A DNA stretch of 64,000 nucleotides, taken from the NCBI GenBank assembly GCA_950097015.1, contig CATNEN010000038.1, positions 8,618,001 through 8,682,000 of the forward strand, given 5' to 3'. Below, piece by piece: positions 48,001 through 61,052 of this stretch (position 1 is the first letter of the stretch; each line of letters starts with the position of its first letter). The translations under genes and the position numbers were made by a program. The notes below the pieces were generated by a model. It saw only the letters and a list, made by a program, of their open reading frames with translations, was not told where the DNA came from and made no database searches. This DNA is from Macrostomum hystrix (lineage: Eukaryota; Animalia; Platyhelminthes).

Positions 48001-51000
48001 ATCGCCAATCGAACCGACTCATCGACTCCATCGCGGAGCACACCGCCAACGGCTGCTGAGCGAACAGTCTCTGAAGCAAAGGGAAGACGCAGGTGTTTAA
48101 ATTCAAACCCTCATTAAAAAGTTAATTAAGCTTCCAGACAATGTCCATCGATGCACACATAATACTACTCGCCCTATCATCAAGGCGCATCCGATAGGAT
48201 TAATTGTTTCCCAAGTTACCTGGAAGAATACGGCAAAGTGTTCCAGCGGGGCCAGTTCAACCAATGCGGGCAGCCAGTCGCCGATCTCCGATTCGCAAAG
48301 TCCACTTATACTACTGCTATCGTCCGCTTTGTCAGAAGTATCATCCCCAGCGGCAAAGGCGGCCAAGCAGCGAATCAGGCTGCCAGGATTTAGTCTGGGC
48401 AGCTGATGCGAGCACAGGCGCGACAGCATCGGTCCGTTGCTAGGCAACACACCGAGCAGCCGGATTAGCAGGGCGGCGCTTTCCGCGGTGCTCTCGCGGG
48501 CCAGAAGAGCTCGGAGAAGCTGCTCAAGGCACGGCCAGACCGCCTGCATTACGGAAATCATCGAAGGGCTGTGGCTTCATCTGCGCCTCAAACCAGAGTT
48601 TATTGGGTCATCCGTACCTGGTTTACTGGGTCATCCGCCCCAGGTTTAATGAGTCATCCGCCCCTGGTTTACTGGGTCATCCGCCCCAGGTTTAATGAGT
48701 CATCCGCCCCTGGTTTACTGGGTCATCCGCCCCTGGTTTATTGGGTCATCCGCCCCGGGTTTACAGGGTCATCCGCCCCGGGTTTACAGGGTCATCCGCC
48801 CCGGGTTTACAGGGTCATCTGCTCCGGGTTTTCAGGGTCATCCGCAACTTGTTTAATGGGTCATCCGCCCCGGGTTTACTGGGTCATGGCCTAGTTTACT
48901 GGGCCATCCGCACCTGGTTTACTGGGCCATCCGCCCCTGGTTTACTGGGTCATCCGCCCCTGGTTTATTGGGTCATCCGCCCCTGGTTTACTGGGTCATC
49001 CGCCCCTGGTTTACTGGGCCATCCGCCCCTGGTGTACTACTGGGTCACCCGCCCCTGGTTTACTGGGCCATCCGCCCCGGGTTTACAGGGCCATCCGCCC
49101 CGGGTTTACTGGGTCATCCGCCCCTAGTTTCATGGGTCATCCGCCCCTAGTTTCATGGGTCATCCGCCGCTGGATTACTGAGTCACTCCCACTCTCTATC
49201 CGCAGAGTTTACTGGGTCATCTGCTTCGCCTTCATAGTCACTCAAGTCAAAATTACTCACAGACTGATGGTCGGGTAAGGAGAATTTAGCGCTGCCAAGC
49301 AAGCCGTCCCTGATGTAGCTGACAAGGCTGGTCGATCGCAGCAGCTGGAAGGGTGGGTATTGATTGTTGAGGGCGAATTTTGGGAGTTCCACATCGTGTG
49401 CTTCTCACACATATTCACTAGATGAATAATCCATTCCAGAAACAACCGCCCCCGACTGCATGTACGCTCGATGACTCATCCCGTCCAGAAACAACCACCC
49501 CAATCCTGCATGTACACTCGATGGCTCATCCAGTCCAGAAACAACCACCCCAATCCTGCATGTACACTCGATGGCTCATCCAGTCCAGAAACAACCACCC
49601 CAATCCTGCATGTACACTCGATGGCTCATCCAGTCCAGAAACAACCACCCCACTGACCGATCAATGATCGATCAACGCTAAACCAACCTTGGCGGGGTCG
49701 GTGCCGACTGCTTTAATAATTTCGTCCAAACTGGGCTGCAGATAGTCCAGCATCAGCCGCGCCGCAATTAAGTCCTGTGGCTGATCTCTGAGGATTGTTT
49801 GACGCGAACCCAACAATGATACAGGATAAATATAACTAACTACTTACTGAAATCCCTCACCTAATCAGGTCAGTAACGAAGAGGAAGAATTTTTCTCTCT
49901 GCTTATTGCTAGCGGAGCTCGCGCTAGGCGATGTTAGCAGAAGGAACGCGGCCTCGCAGCCCAGGTGCTTGTAGATTTCCTCGCTGTCCTGCTTGAACTC
50001 CTGGCACTTTTCGATCTGCAGATAGAGTGACACCTTGGCCTTTTCAGTCATCCGCCCCTTCCCTCTCTGCACCCCTTCCCTACCTGCACCGCCCCTTCCC
50101 TCCCTGCACCGCCGGTTCCCTCCCTGCACCGCCGGTTCCCTCCCTGCACCGCCGGTTCCCTCCCTGCACCGCCGGTTCCCTCCCTGCACCGCCCGTTCCC
50201 TCCCTGCACCGCCCGTTCCCTCCCTGCACCGCCCGTTCCCTCCCTGCACCGCCGGTTCCCTCCCTGCACCACCGGTTCCCTCCCTGCACCGCCGGTTCCC
50301 TCCCTGCACCGCCCGTTCCCTCCCTGCACCGCCCGTTCCCTCCCTGCACCGCCGGTTCCCTCCCTGCACCGCCCGTTCCCTCCCTGCACCGCCCGTTCCC
50401 TCCACGCACCAAACCTTCTATTCCTACACTTTGGAAGTCATCCGCCCCTTCCCTCCCTACACTTAAGTACAGTCATCCGCCCCTTCCCTCCCTATACTTG
50501 AGTGCAGTCATCCGCCCCTTCCCTCCCTACACTTGAGTACAGTCATCCGCCCCTTCCCTCCCTACACTTGAGTACAGTCATCCGCCCCTTCCCTCCCTAC
50601 ACTTGAGTACAGTCATCCGCTCCTTCCCTCCCTACACTTGAGTACAGTCATCCGCTCCTTCCCTCCCTACACTTACTAAGTCCTCCACCAAGTTGGGAGT
50701 GGACTCAAATGTCAGGGTGTAGAGTGTGCTCAGCAGTCTGCCACCGCCCGCCGGCTCCTCCTCATCCGCAGCCGATGAGGCCAGCAGGAGGCCGCGGCCG
50801 TGCGCCGCCAAGGCAAATATTCCAGGAAACATCTGCGAGCCAATCAGCAAGTTCGGCACAGTCGACGTCGCGGTGGTCGCCAAGTCAGCGGATTCGCTTG
50901 CCCTTCCAACGGACGAGGCGATGGATGAGGACAGGCGACAGAGCGGCTGGTGAGTTGTGTAGGACTCCACCAGATCGTTGGACAGTGTGTGCAACAGGCC

Positions 51001-54000
51001 GTCTGCCCCAATGACTGCCTGTAGACAAAAAATCGACATGGATACTTTAATACTAAGAGTAGTAATGAGTGGTTAAGCTTCTTTACAGCTAAAACAGTAG
51101 AAACACACAGCGTGCACCGCAGAGTTGTATCGGAGCTCCACCAGCTTCTCGATGCGATCCTCCGCCTGGTGCAGACAGAAAATGAAGCCCTGGGTACGCG
51201 TGGAGAAGAACGCCATCAGATGGTCTGAGTCTGAGAAGTGAAGGAGGATTTTATATACAGACTAGGCCTCACATGTTAGATGAATAGATCCTAGATCTCC
51301 TAGATTCTAGATCTCCTAGATCCTAGATCCTAGATCTCCTAGATTCTAGATCTCCTAGATCCTAGATCCTAGATCTCCTAGATTCTAGATCTCCTAGATC
51401 CTAGATCCTAGATCTCCTAGATTCTAGATCTCCTAGATCCTAGATCCTAGATCTCCTAGATTCTAGATCTCCTAGATCCTAGATCTCCTAGATTCTAGAT
51501 CTCCTAGATCCTAGATCTCCTAGATCCTAGATCTCCTAGATCCTAGATCCTAGATCTCCTAGATCCTAGATCTCCTAGATTCTAGATCTCCTAGATCCTA
51601 GATCCTAGATCTCCTAGATCCTAGATCTCCTAGATCCTAGATCTCCTAGATCCTAGATCTCCTAGATCTCCTTGATCCTAGATCTCCTAGATCCTAGATC
51701 TCCTAGATCTCCTTGATCCTAGATCTCCTAGATCCTAGATCTCCTAGATGCAAGATCTCCTAGATCCTAGATCTCCTAGATCCTAGATCTCCTAGATCCT
51801 AGATCCTAGATCTCCTAGATCCTAGATCTCCTAGATCCTAGATCTCTTTGACCCTAGATCTCCTAGATCCTAGATCTCCTAGATTCTAGATCTCCTAGAT
51901 CCTAGATCCTAGATCTCCTAGATTCTAGATCTCCTAGATCCTAGATCTCCTAGATCCTAGATCTCCTAGATTCTAGATCTCCTAGATCTCCTTGATCCTA
52001 GATCTCCTAGATCCTAGATCTCCTAGATCTCCTAGATCCTAGATCTCCTAGATCCTAGATCTCCTAGATTCTAGATCTCCTAGATCTCCTAGATCCTAGA
52101 TCTCTTTGACCCTAGATCTCCTAGATCCTAGATCTCTTTGACCCTAGATCTCCTAGATCCTAGATCTCCTAGATCCTAGATTTCCTAGATCCTAGATCTC
52201 CTAGATGCAAGATCTCCTAGATCCTAGATCTCCTAGATCCTAGATCTCCTAAGATCCTAGATCCTAGATCCTAGATCTCCTAGATCCTAGATCTCCTAGA
52301 TCCTAGATCTCCTAGATCCTAGATCTCTTTGACCCTAGATCTCCTAGATCCTAGATCTCCTAGATTCTAGATCTCCTAGATCCTAGATCCTAGATCTCCT
52401 AGATTCTAGATCTCCTAGATCCTAGATCTCCTAGATCCTAGATCTGCTAGATCCTAGATCTCCTAGATCTCCTTGATCCTAGATCTCCTAGATCCTAGAT
52501 CTCCTTGATCCTAGATCTCCTAGATCCTAGATCTCCTAGATCTCCTTGATCCTAGATCTCCTAGATCCTAGATCTCCTAGATCCTAGATCTCCTAGATTC
52601 TAGATCTCCTAGATTCTAGATCTCCTAGATCCTAGATCTCCTAGATTCTAGATCTCCTAGATCCTAGATCTCCTAGATCCTAGATCTCCTAGATCTCCTT
52701 GATCCTAGATCTCCTAGATCCTAGATCTCCTAGATCCTAGATCTCCTAGATTCTAGATCTCCTAGATCTTAGATCTCCTAGATCCTAGATCTCTTTGACC
52801 CTAGATCTCCTAGATCCTAGATCTCTTTGACCCTAGATCTCCTAGATCCTAGATCTCCTAGATCCTAGATTTCCTAGATCCTAGATCTCCTAGATGCAAG
52901 ATCTCCTAGATCCTAGATCTCCTAGATCCTAGATCTCCTAGATCCTAGATCTCCTAGATCCTAGATCCTAGATCCTAGATCTCTTTGACCCTAGATCTCC
53001 TAGATCCTAGATCTCCTAGATCCTAGATCCTAGATCTCCTAGATCCTAGATCTCCTAGATCCTAGATCCTAGATCTCCTAGATCCTAGATCCTAGATCCT
53101 AGATCTCCTAGATCCTAGATCCTAGATCTCCTAGATCCTAGATCCTAGATCCTAGATCTCCTTCATCCTAGATCTCCTGGATCCTAGATCTTCTAGATCT
53201 CCTAGATCCAAGATCTCCTAGATGTCCCCTAGACCACTTGCTCACCGAAGGGCCACAGAGATAGCGAGTGCAGTCTGTCATCGCCCTGCAGCACCATGGT
53301 CTTCAACAGCCAAGTTTTCGAACTCATCTGCTGCGATTGGCTAAAGGCCACTGAAAAGTACATGAAGTGGGTGACAAGATGTTATTTACCGCATAAGAGC
53401 TCTATTTACCTGCGTGAGTCGTGGCCTCACCTCTGCAGACAGGCTTGGTAGCCGGGAACAGTCGCTCCTTTGGCTTGGCATTCAGTTGGATCAACTTGCC
53501 CTGCTGCCTGCTTTCGTCTGCAGCTTCGGCTGACCCTGCATGGTCATCGACTGGCATGACCAAAATGGGATTCGGATGGGGTCCGATAGTACTGAGATCC
53601 GTTAAAATAAAAGTTCGGGCGTATGTACGTTTCATTTTTGTCAATTAGAAACCTAAATACTTTAACCATGATGTATCTGATCCCAAAGTATCTGATCCCA
53701 CTGCTTCTGATCCCAATGCCTCTGATCCAACAGTCTCCGATCCCACAGTCTCCGATCCCACAGTCTCCGATCCCACAGTCTCCGATCCCACAGTCTCCGA
53801 TCCCACAGTCTCCGATCCCACAGTCTCCGATCCCACAGTCTCTGATCTCACAGTCTCTGATCCCACTGTCTGTGATCCCAGAGTTTTCCGCCTTCCATAC
53901 CAACGATATCTGATAGGGGAAAAGTCTTGCATTGCATTTCCCTCACAGTCAAACAAGCTGAACTCGTTGACGCTGCCACAGTCTTCTTTTTCCCGGCCAG

Positions 54001-54724
54001 TTTCTGCCATAGACAGTTGCGGACGGCGCCTCAGCTGCAGCAGCAGCAGCCGGTTGGCGGCTGCCGCCAGCATGCAGCTGGTGGATGCGTTGATTTCTAG
54101 CTGGGTAAGCACGAACTCCATCTCCAGCACTGTCGTGAGCTCGAATCCTAACGGACGAGACTGGCCGTCAGTTTTCAGGTGATAGACCGACACGGTGCGA
54201 GACTCGGCAAGGACGACCCTTTCTAAGTCCACTCGGATTAGGTTGGCCCGCCGGTGCTCGGAGAAAGCGTGGCGCCACAGGGCACCGTCGCTGCCAGCCG
54301 GCGCTGGGTTTCGCCAGTTTAGGAAGGCCTGGCAGACAGTGCCAACCCCTCGGTCGGAGGGCGCCTCGGCTGAGCAGAGAGCCACCAGAAGGCCCGAATG
54401 TGGACAGCAGCGAACCTGACACAGCAGGGCGATAGACACGGATTAACAATGTGACACGTGGACTAACAAGCATGCAAAAATATCCCAAAGTCTAACACAG
54501 ATCCCAATCCACACCTGTATGATAGGCAGTCCAATGTCCAGCTGGCCGCACTGCATGAGCTGCGCGCCACCGCCGGGCTCACTGATCCACTCGAGAATGG
54601 AGAGCTGCCGGGGTCCACTGGCCACAATCAGGCAGTCGCCGGAGCTGCAGAGGCAGCCAACAGGCCAGTCAGGTGACAGCACCGACTGGGACAGGAATCG
54701 GTTGCAGCAGATCACTCTAGTCAT
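45088..54724 (-). CDS. HPS3: Hermansky-Pudlak syndrome 3 (BLOC-2 subunit) homolog, multi-exon. First exons 54724-54515, 54415-53901, 53591-53410, 53350-53246, 51230-~51117, ~51019-50677; 3' exons approximate
   Basis: MTRVICCNRFLSQ N-terminus, QAFLNWRN (cf. RAYVNWRN), FFSTRTQGFIF and QAVI..LLHTLSN..ESYT blocks typical of HPS3. First splice phases checked. 3' end tentative. Confidence 0.72.
45848..45940. repeat. 17-bp minisatellite (GACCCTAAAATCCCACC)n in HPS3 intron
   Basis: Direct. Confidence 0.88.
46774..47276. mobile_element. Non-autonomous Mutator/Foldback-like DNA transposon
   Basis: TIRs GGTTTACTCCCGATTCG...CGAATCGGGAGTAAACC with internal ~15-bp tandem units. 9-bp TSD GCTGCCTCG at 46765-46773 and 47277-47285. 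Confidence 0.88.
48595..49225. repeat. 23-bp minisatellite (GGGTCATCCGCCCCTGGTTTACT)n filling an HPS3 intron
   Basis: Direct. Confidence 0.93.
49428..49651. repeat. 50-bp tandem repeat in HPS3 intron
   Basis: Period 50: CAATCCTGCATGTACACTCGATGGCTCATCCAGTCCAGAAACAACCACCC. Confidence 0.93.
50046..50675. repeat. 20-bp (TCCCTGCACCGCCGGTTCCC)n followed by 35-bp (CAGTCATCCGCCCCTTCCCTCCCTACACTTGAGTA)n arrays in HPS3 intron
   Basis: Direct. Confidence 0.93.
51285..53232. repeat. ~1.95-kb satellite of mixed 7-mer (CCTAGAT) and 9-mer (CTCCTAGAT) units in HPS3 intron
   Basis: Direct; variant units (TTTGACC, ATGCAAG) recur in higher-order blocks. Confidence 0.97.
53670..53896. repeat. 15-bp minisatellite (CAGTCTCCGATCCCA)n in HPS3 intron 2, possibly one arm of a foldback element
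   Basis: Direct periodicity. Confidence 0.9.
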
Positions 54725-55859
54725 GCCGACGCTGGAGTCGAGTTTGAAATTTAAATTTAAAGATACTAACTAACTGATTATAATAAAGCATCCAGTATAG
54801 ACAATAAGCTACAATCAATGTATTGACTTAGATTACTTAAAATTAGGTCTGCAAATAAATACTTTTTCACATATTATATTACCTTTATTGATTAAGTAGT
54901 AAACAAAAGCGCACAAGCTACTTTAACTATTACAGATCCCAGATAAAAGGTATAAGATTTTTTACTTTCTCTATCCCGTTTAATTTAATTTAATTTACAG
55001 CACGTAACTAAAAACATACACGAAAAAAGCAAAAAATCAACAGTAAAACCACAATTTTTGCAAAAAGTTTCTGAAATGTGTGATAAAAAGTTGATAGTTG
55101 TGATACTAAAATGCTACTTACTATAATCTAGTATTTTTATCTGCCTTAATCTATTTTATTTAGATTATTAATAACCAGGATATATATTTATATCCTAACA
55201 TATTAAATAAATATAAATTTAAATGATGAATATACACAAGAAATTACTAAATTAGGAAGCCATCTCATCAGGCTAGCTCCTATTACTATGATTTCTTATT
55301 ATAAAAATGTATGTATCTGGACATCAAATATAAAGGATAGGACACACATGTTTTTAGTGCAGAAACATACCAATTAACATTTTAAGTAAAAAATTTACTT
55401 GCTATTTAAACTTAACAACCTTACAGGTAATGGGGAAATTAAGTTCTTAATAATTTAGACAGATGTGTCAATGTTCGCTTTCTACGTTAGTGCTCATACG
55501 TTAGTGCTTTCTACGAGGTAGTAGCCAATAATAATTTGCTCTTTGACTTTAGTCTAGTTATAATATCTTTATTCTTAGCTTTTTAGTCCAAAAAGTGGGG
55601 CAAAACATTCAGCTTCAAGTTCGACCAGGAGAGCTATAGGCACTTTTCATTCTTTGTAAAACGCATTTCTTGTAAAACTGCACCCTTAAGGTCATATTTT
55701 AAGTAAAATATGAAGTATTTTACGCAGGTTAACAAAATGAAAAAGTTGTAAATAAGAAGAGTTTAAGCTTGTTATAAATACTTACTTGGAAAAGTTTTTT
55801 TAAATATTTATATGTCTTAAAAGCTTTTTAGTTATGTACATTCGATAAATAACATAATT

Positions 55860-56050
55860 TGGGTACCATAATTTAACACGATGATCCCACGCTAATTTTC
55901 ATTTGTATTTTCACGTGCCATCTTACGCGAAATAATTGACTGTGATGCCTAAATTTCTTAGATTATTTGACTCACGCTGTATCTTTGTATGTCTACGAAT
56001 TGCATTCGATTCGACAACTTAATGTATTTAAATACATTCCAGAATCGGGA
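55860..56050. promoter_or_regulatory. Putative bidirectional promoter core for HPS3/CERT
   Basis: Head-to-head genes. Local CpG cluster within AT-rich DNA containing abutting CACGTG, GCCATCTT and TTACGCGAAA motifs (~55912-55931). Confidence 0.45.
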
Positions 56051-56783
56051 ATTAATGGTTGAACTGTGTAGCCTCAAAATAAATGAATTAAAAAAAAATA
56101 TATATGCAGTATAAAGACAGTATAAACAATTTCAATCTATGTGCAGTTTAAACAAAAATGGATTATGGACCATTTTATTGGATCTATTTATAGTAAAAAA
56201 TGTTTTTTATCCGAAACAATAATTGTTTAATTCTTTTATGACGATTTAGACATTTTAAAGACAATGTCACAAAGGACTACTAAAGTAATTAACTACTAAC
56301 TAGTAGCTAACTACTAGTGATCATTAAATGACACTTGCATTTAAATTTATTCAGTTAGTAGCAACGTTTGCAGAAATATCTACTTTGGCTACACTTACCA
56401 AATTCTGTGCTCATATGTCAAATATTTCTGAATGAAAAGCATTATTTATTTTCATGTGTCTAGGTAGTTTTTGTTATATAAAAATGCTCTAGAATTCAGA
56501 ATTGGTATCAATATATTGTACTTCCTTTTACAATTTTAAGGAATAAAAATAAAAAACATCGCTAGCTTTATATAACCTGAGCAATATAACCTGAGTCACA
56601 AGTACGAGGTACGAGAGTCACTCGTAGAACTATATGTTCGTACTCTCGAAAGCTCCATCAAATATGAAATATGGCAGCTTCATCTCTACCTGCAACCACA
56701 GCTTCGCACTCAGACTGCCGCTGCATTCCGATCTGAGCAGCGGCACAGGCAGCAGTTTGACCTCCTCAGCGGCAGCGGCCGAG

Positions 56784-59700
56784 ATGGACGAGGGCGACGC
56801 TGAGGACGAATTCAATGCGCCAGATGAGCTGGTAATTCAAGGCTCGCTGAGCAAGTGGACCAACTACGTGACTGGCTGGCAGGCGCGCTTCTTTGTCCTG
56901 AAGGGAGGGACTCTGTCCTACTTTAAGAGTGCACAGGTTCGTTGCAGCAAGTCATTTGCAATGTTTTACGAGCGTACAGTGGTGCGAATTAACGAGCTCT
57001 TTTAAATTGCACTGAAGTAAAAACCTGTCACTCCACATCATCACCTGTCACTCCAGCGCATTCTCTGTCACTTCCTTCTATGTATATTATTTCTTATTTC
57101 TTTAACAATTCGACTGAAACCTTCAGGAGACCGGGCTCGGATGCCGAGGCGCGGTCAGCCTTTGCCGCGCTGTGGTCACGGCGCACAGTATTGACGAAAA
57201 TCGCTTCGACCTGTGCGTTGGCGATCACATCTGGTACCTGCGCTGCGAGTCGCCGGATCTCAGGTGAGAAATCTCTCATTTTTGCAGCTTTGGTGATCGT
57301 TTTTTTCTTGAAAAATTTAACACCTGTCGTGTTAAGGTTTTAAATGACATCAGCACCCGCCACGTCTTCAAACCCCAGGGCCACCTGGATCCGGGCTCTG
57401 GAGAGCTACCGCAGCGATCTGGAGTGCCGCGCCTGCGGCCTCCGCCGCCAGGGCAGCGCGCTGAGCCTCGCCTCGGGCTCAGCAGCCAGCCGGGGCTCGT
57501 TTCGCCCCGGATACGGCGTCCGGGAGAAGCTGGCCGAGATTGAGACCTTCAGGGAGATGCTGAGCCGGCAGCTGGATACCCTGCAGGCCTACTTCGACCT
57601 CTGCAGCCAGCTGACCGCCTCTGCGACCGTCTCGGAGCCGGCCGAAGCGGGCCTCATGCAGCAGCACGCCGGACACGCCAAGGAGTTTCGCAGCGAGGCC
57701 GTCACTTTCAAGGTGATTTTGCCGGATTATTCTTGAGATTCGCTTCCGTCCCTTGTCAATAAAATGTCACTGGATGTAAAACGAAAGTAAATGTGACTGA
57801 AAATGCATGTGCACTCAAAGGGGTCAAGTGAATAGTCTCGTCACTCGTCAATAACCCGATAGTTCTTTGAGTGTTTTTTTCCCGAGCACTGAGATCCTAT
57901 GAAATAAAAAACTCAGATTACCATTTTGAGAAGCAAATACGGAAGCAATAATCAATGCAGCCTAGCTATGCTGCCATTGTTCCACAGAAGTCCTTCACTG
58001 TGCCATTGTTTCAGATGGCTGGTTGGTCGGTTTGTACATGACATAATTAGATTAGAAAGGACCTGAGAGAGTTTTACTGTCGTGGATTTACGCTCCTAGT
58101 TGGAGCCTGGATGTATACATTTAGTGAGGCTTCACAAACCAAAAAACACACGGATGACCTATTTTTCGTATTTTCAAAGCCCAATCACTCATTCTAAGAA
58201 ATGTTTAGCTTGGCCTTCCAAACAGTAGAACTACCAAAGGCGGGCATTATATCTGACTTCGGTGGTCACCGACCTTTATCTAGACGGAGCTGCAGGACTT
58301 TCAACTAGCAAAAGTTGAGTTTCGTCAAATAATGAGGCTTCATCTGCGAAAGCAGAAAAATTCACTTTAGGGACTACATAGTTAGCTGAAGGCACCCTGC
58401 TGACGGTGCTGACGACGTCGGGGTGGTGACTGATTGGTTGACTGACCAGGCGAGGGTCCTTTGGTGGAGCTTCGTCCTGCGGTATTGAGGCTTGATAAGC
58501 GAAATGGGAGAGATTTGCATCAGGGTGTCCATATTCGGCTGGAGCCACTTGTTGAAGGTCCAGCAGCTCCGTCAAGATAAAGGTGCGTGACCAGCGAATT
58601 CGTAAATGATGCAGGCACATTCGGATGACATGCAAAAAGTTTGAAGGGCAGGCAAGGCTGCACTGAAGCGCTGTGCGAATTCGTATGTAGGGGTAAGAAA
58701 TACACTAGCTCATACACTACAAATTCTCGCAATTGTATTTAATGAGGAGATTGCCCCCCATGGTATAAAAATGTGGGAGTGGAGTGGACTGGGTAGCCCT
58801 ACCTTGAAAGAACAAATTAAAGGTTTTTATCTATTCGACTGCCCGAATGGGCTGACGGGTAGTAATGAGCAGACTGGAGGTCCAACCCGCAAACCTATTG
58901 CCAGGTGACAACAGCGGGCATCATTCATCAGATGCGGGGCTGCTTGGACCTGATGAGCCAGCGCGAGGACTTGTGGAAAAAGCGGCTGGAGCGCCAAGTC
59001 GACAAGCGGCGCTACATCGAGGACACGGTGCGCGCCCTGCAGCAGCGCATCGAAGCCACTAAGCAGCTGGTCGGCACTGGTCCTCTAGGGCCGGACTACG
59101 AGGAGGGCCCCTGCTGCCGGCTGGACGAGGAGGAGTTCTTCGACGCGGTGGACGCCCAGCTGGATCGCATGGACGAGGCAGCCAGCAGCATGTCCCGGCT
59201 CAGGGCGTCCCGGCTGCCCAGCCACGGCCTGGATCCGGAGCACCCTCTCGCCAGCGAGATCGTCTCGGTGTGCCAGGCGCACTGGGACAGCTGGGGCGCC
59301 TCCACGGCCGGCATGGAGCTGCTGGAGTCGGACGGGCCGCTGAATGTGTATCGCAGCCGGCTGGAGCAGGAAGGTGAGCGGGCTTGGGCATAGCCGGTCA
59401 TTAGATTTTGCTTTGTTAATCAGACCACGGGGGCATTTTGAATGCCCAATTTTTTTCTGCATATCCTGAAATATTCAACCAGTCGCCTTGAAACCCCAGA
59501 AGACGGGCTCATAATTTCTGCTCTATCCGAAACAACAACAAAAAAAAACTTCCAGACTTAAAAAAACATCGGCATTGTCGAGATATTCAACGATTCTCGT
59601 CGGCACAAAACACCAATATAAGCATAGTTTGTGCAGAGCAATTTTAGTTGTCCTTGTCACTAGGGTCTTCTACAAGAATGGCAAAGGGCATTCGGTATGG

Positions 59701-60473
59701 GAGCTATCGTACAGCAGGCAGTGGGCCCCGTGGTCTTTCCCAATGGGGGAAAACAGTGTGGTCTATTTACTGTTTACAGTTTACAGTTTACTGTCTACTG
59801 TTTCCTGTTTACTGTTTACTGTTTACTGTTTACTGTCTACTGTTTCCTGTTTCCTGTTTCCTGTTTACTGTTTACTGTTTACTTTTTCCTGTTTACTGTT
59901 TGCTGTTTACCGTTTACTGTTTTTCGTAAACCAGGCGCAGCCGTAGACCCCATCCTGGCGATGCACACTGTCACCGGAGTGTCAGCTCGCGAGGTGGCCG
60001 AGATCTTCTGGAACCTGCAGTATCGCCTCGACTGGGAGCATACGCTGGACTCGGCCCCCACTGTGCTAGACACCCTGGCCTCGGACACCCTGCTGCTGCA
60101 CCAGATCTACAAGCGGTTGTGGCCGACAGCTCAGCGCGACTCAGTGTTCTGGTCTCACATCCGTCACGCGGAGCAGCGCACAATGGTCGTGAACTGCAGC
60201 ACGGAGATCGGTGCGCCGCCTTTGGTCTCCGGTCGGCAGCGAATGCAGCTGAATGTCAGCCTGATCTGCGAGACGGAGATGCCGGAGGGCCGGCTGCCGA
60301 CAGAGCGCAGCCAGTTGCGCTGCCGCCTGCAGTACTCGGCCACGGTGCACCCTGGCGGCTGGGCGCCCATGGCGGTGCTCCGTCAGGTTGCCAAGCGCGA
60401 GTATCCGAAGTTCTTGCGCAGGTTCACGTCCTACTGCATCGATCGAGTCAAGCACATGCCTGTACAGCTGTGA
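56784..60473 (+). CDS. CERT1: Ceramide transfer protein (PH - FFAT - START). Exons 56784-56936, 57127-57263, 57379-57712, 58905-59373, 59935-60473
   Basis: [33 protein letters not shown] serine motif, [26 protein letters not shown] (FFAT), [31 protein letters not shown]. Splice phases are consistent. Confidence 0.95.
59766..59922. repeat. 7-bp (CTGTTTA)n microsatellite abutting the last CERT acceptor
   Basis: Direct. Confidence 0.92.
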
Positions 60474-60614
60474 TAGCTGTGTGTTGCCATGGCAATGCCT
60501 GGCTTGTTCTGCTGGTCATGACTTCTAAGAACTGCTCTCAATTTTGCTCTATTAATTCAGGATATTGTGATAAAGTGCGTTGTTTTTGACACTCCATAGT
60601 CTGCAAGACACGCT

Positions 60615-61052
60615 AGAGATCAGACACGGGAGAGATTAGACACGGGAGAGATTAGACACGGGAGAGATTTGACACGGGAGAGATTAGACACGGGAGAGAT
60701 GAGACACGGGAGAGATTAGACACGGGAGAGATTAGACACGGGAGAGATTAGACACGGGAGAGATGAGACACGGGAGAGATTAGACACGGGAGAGATGAGA
60801 CACGGGAGAGATTAGACACGGGAGAGATTAGACACGGGAGAGATTAGACACGGGAGAGATTAGACACGGGAGAGATGAGACACGGGAGAGATTAGACACG
60901 GGAGAGATTAGACACGGGAGAGATTAGACACGGGAGAGATGAGACACGGGAGAGATTAGACACGGGAGAGATTAGACGCGGGAGAGATTAGACACGGGAG
61001 AGATGAGACACGGGAGAGATTAGACACGGGAGAGATTAGACACGGGAGAGAT
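60615..61052. repeat. 16-bp minisatellite (AGACACGGGAGAGATT)n downstream of CERT
   Basis: Direct, ~27 units. Confidence 0.96.

Noticed and set aside
39902-60473. Functional lipid/lysosome gene cluster (MFSD2-like, HPS3, CERT)
   Set aside because: The themes are only loosely related and there is no synteny evidence available; likely chance adjacency
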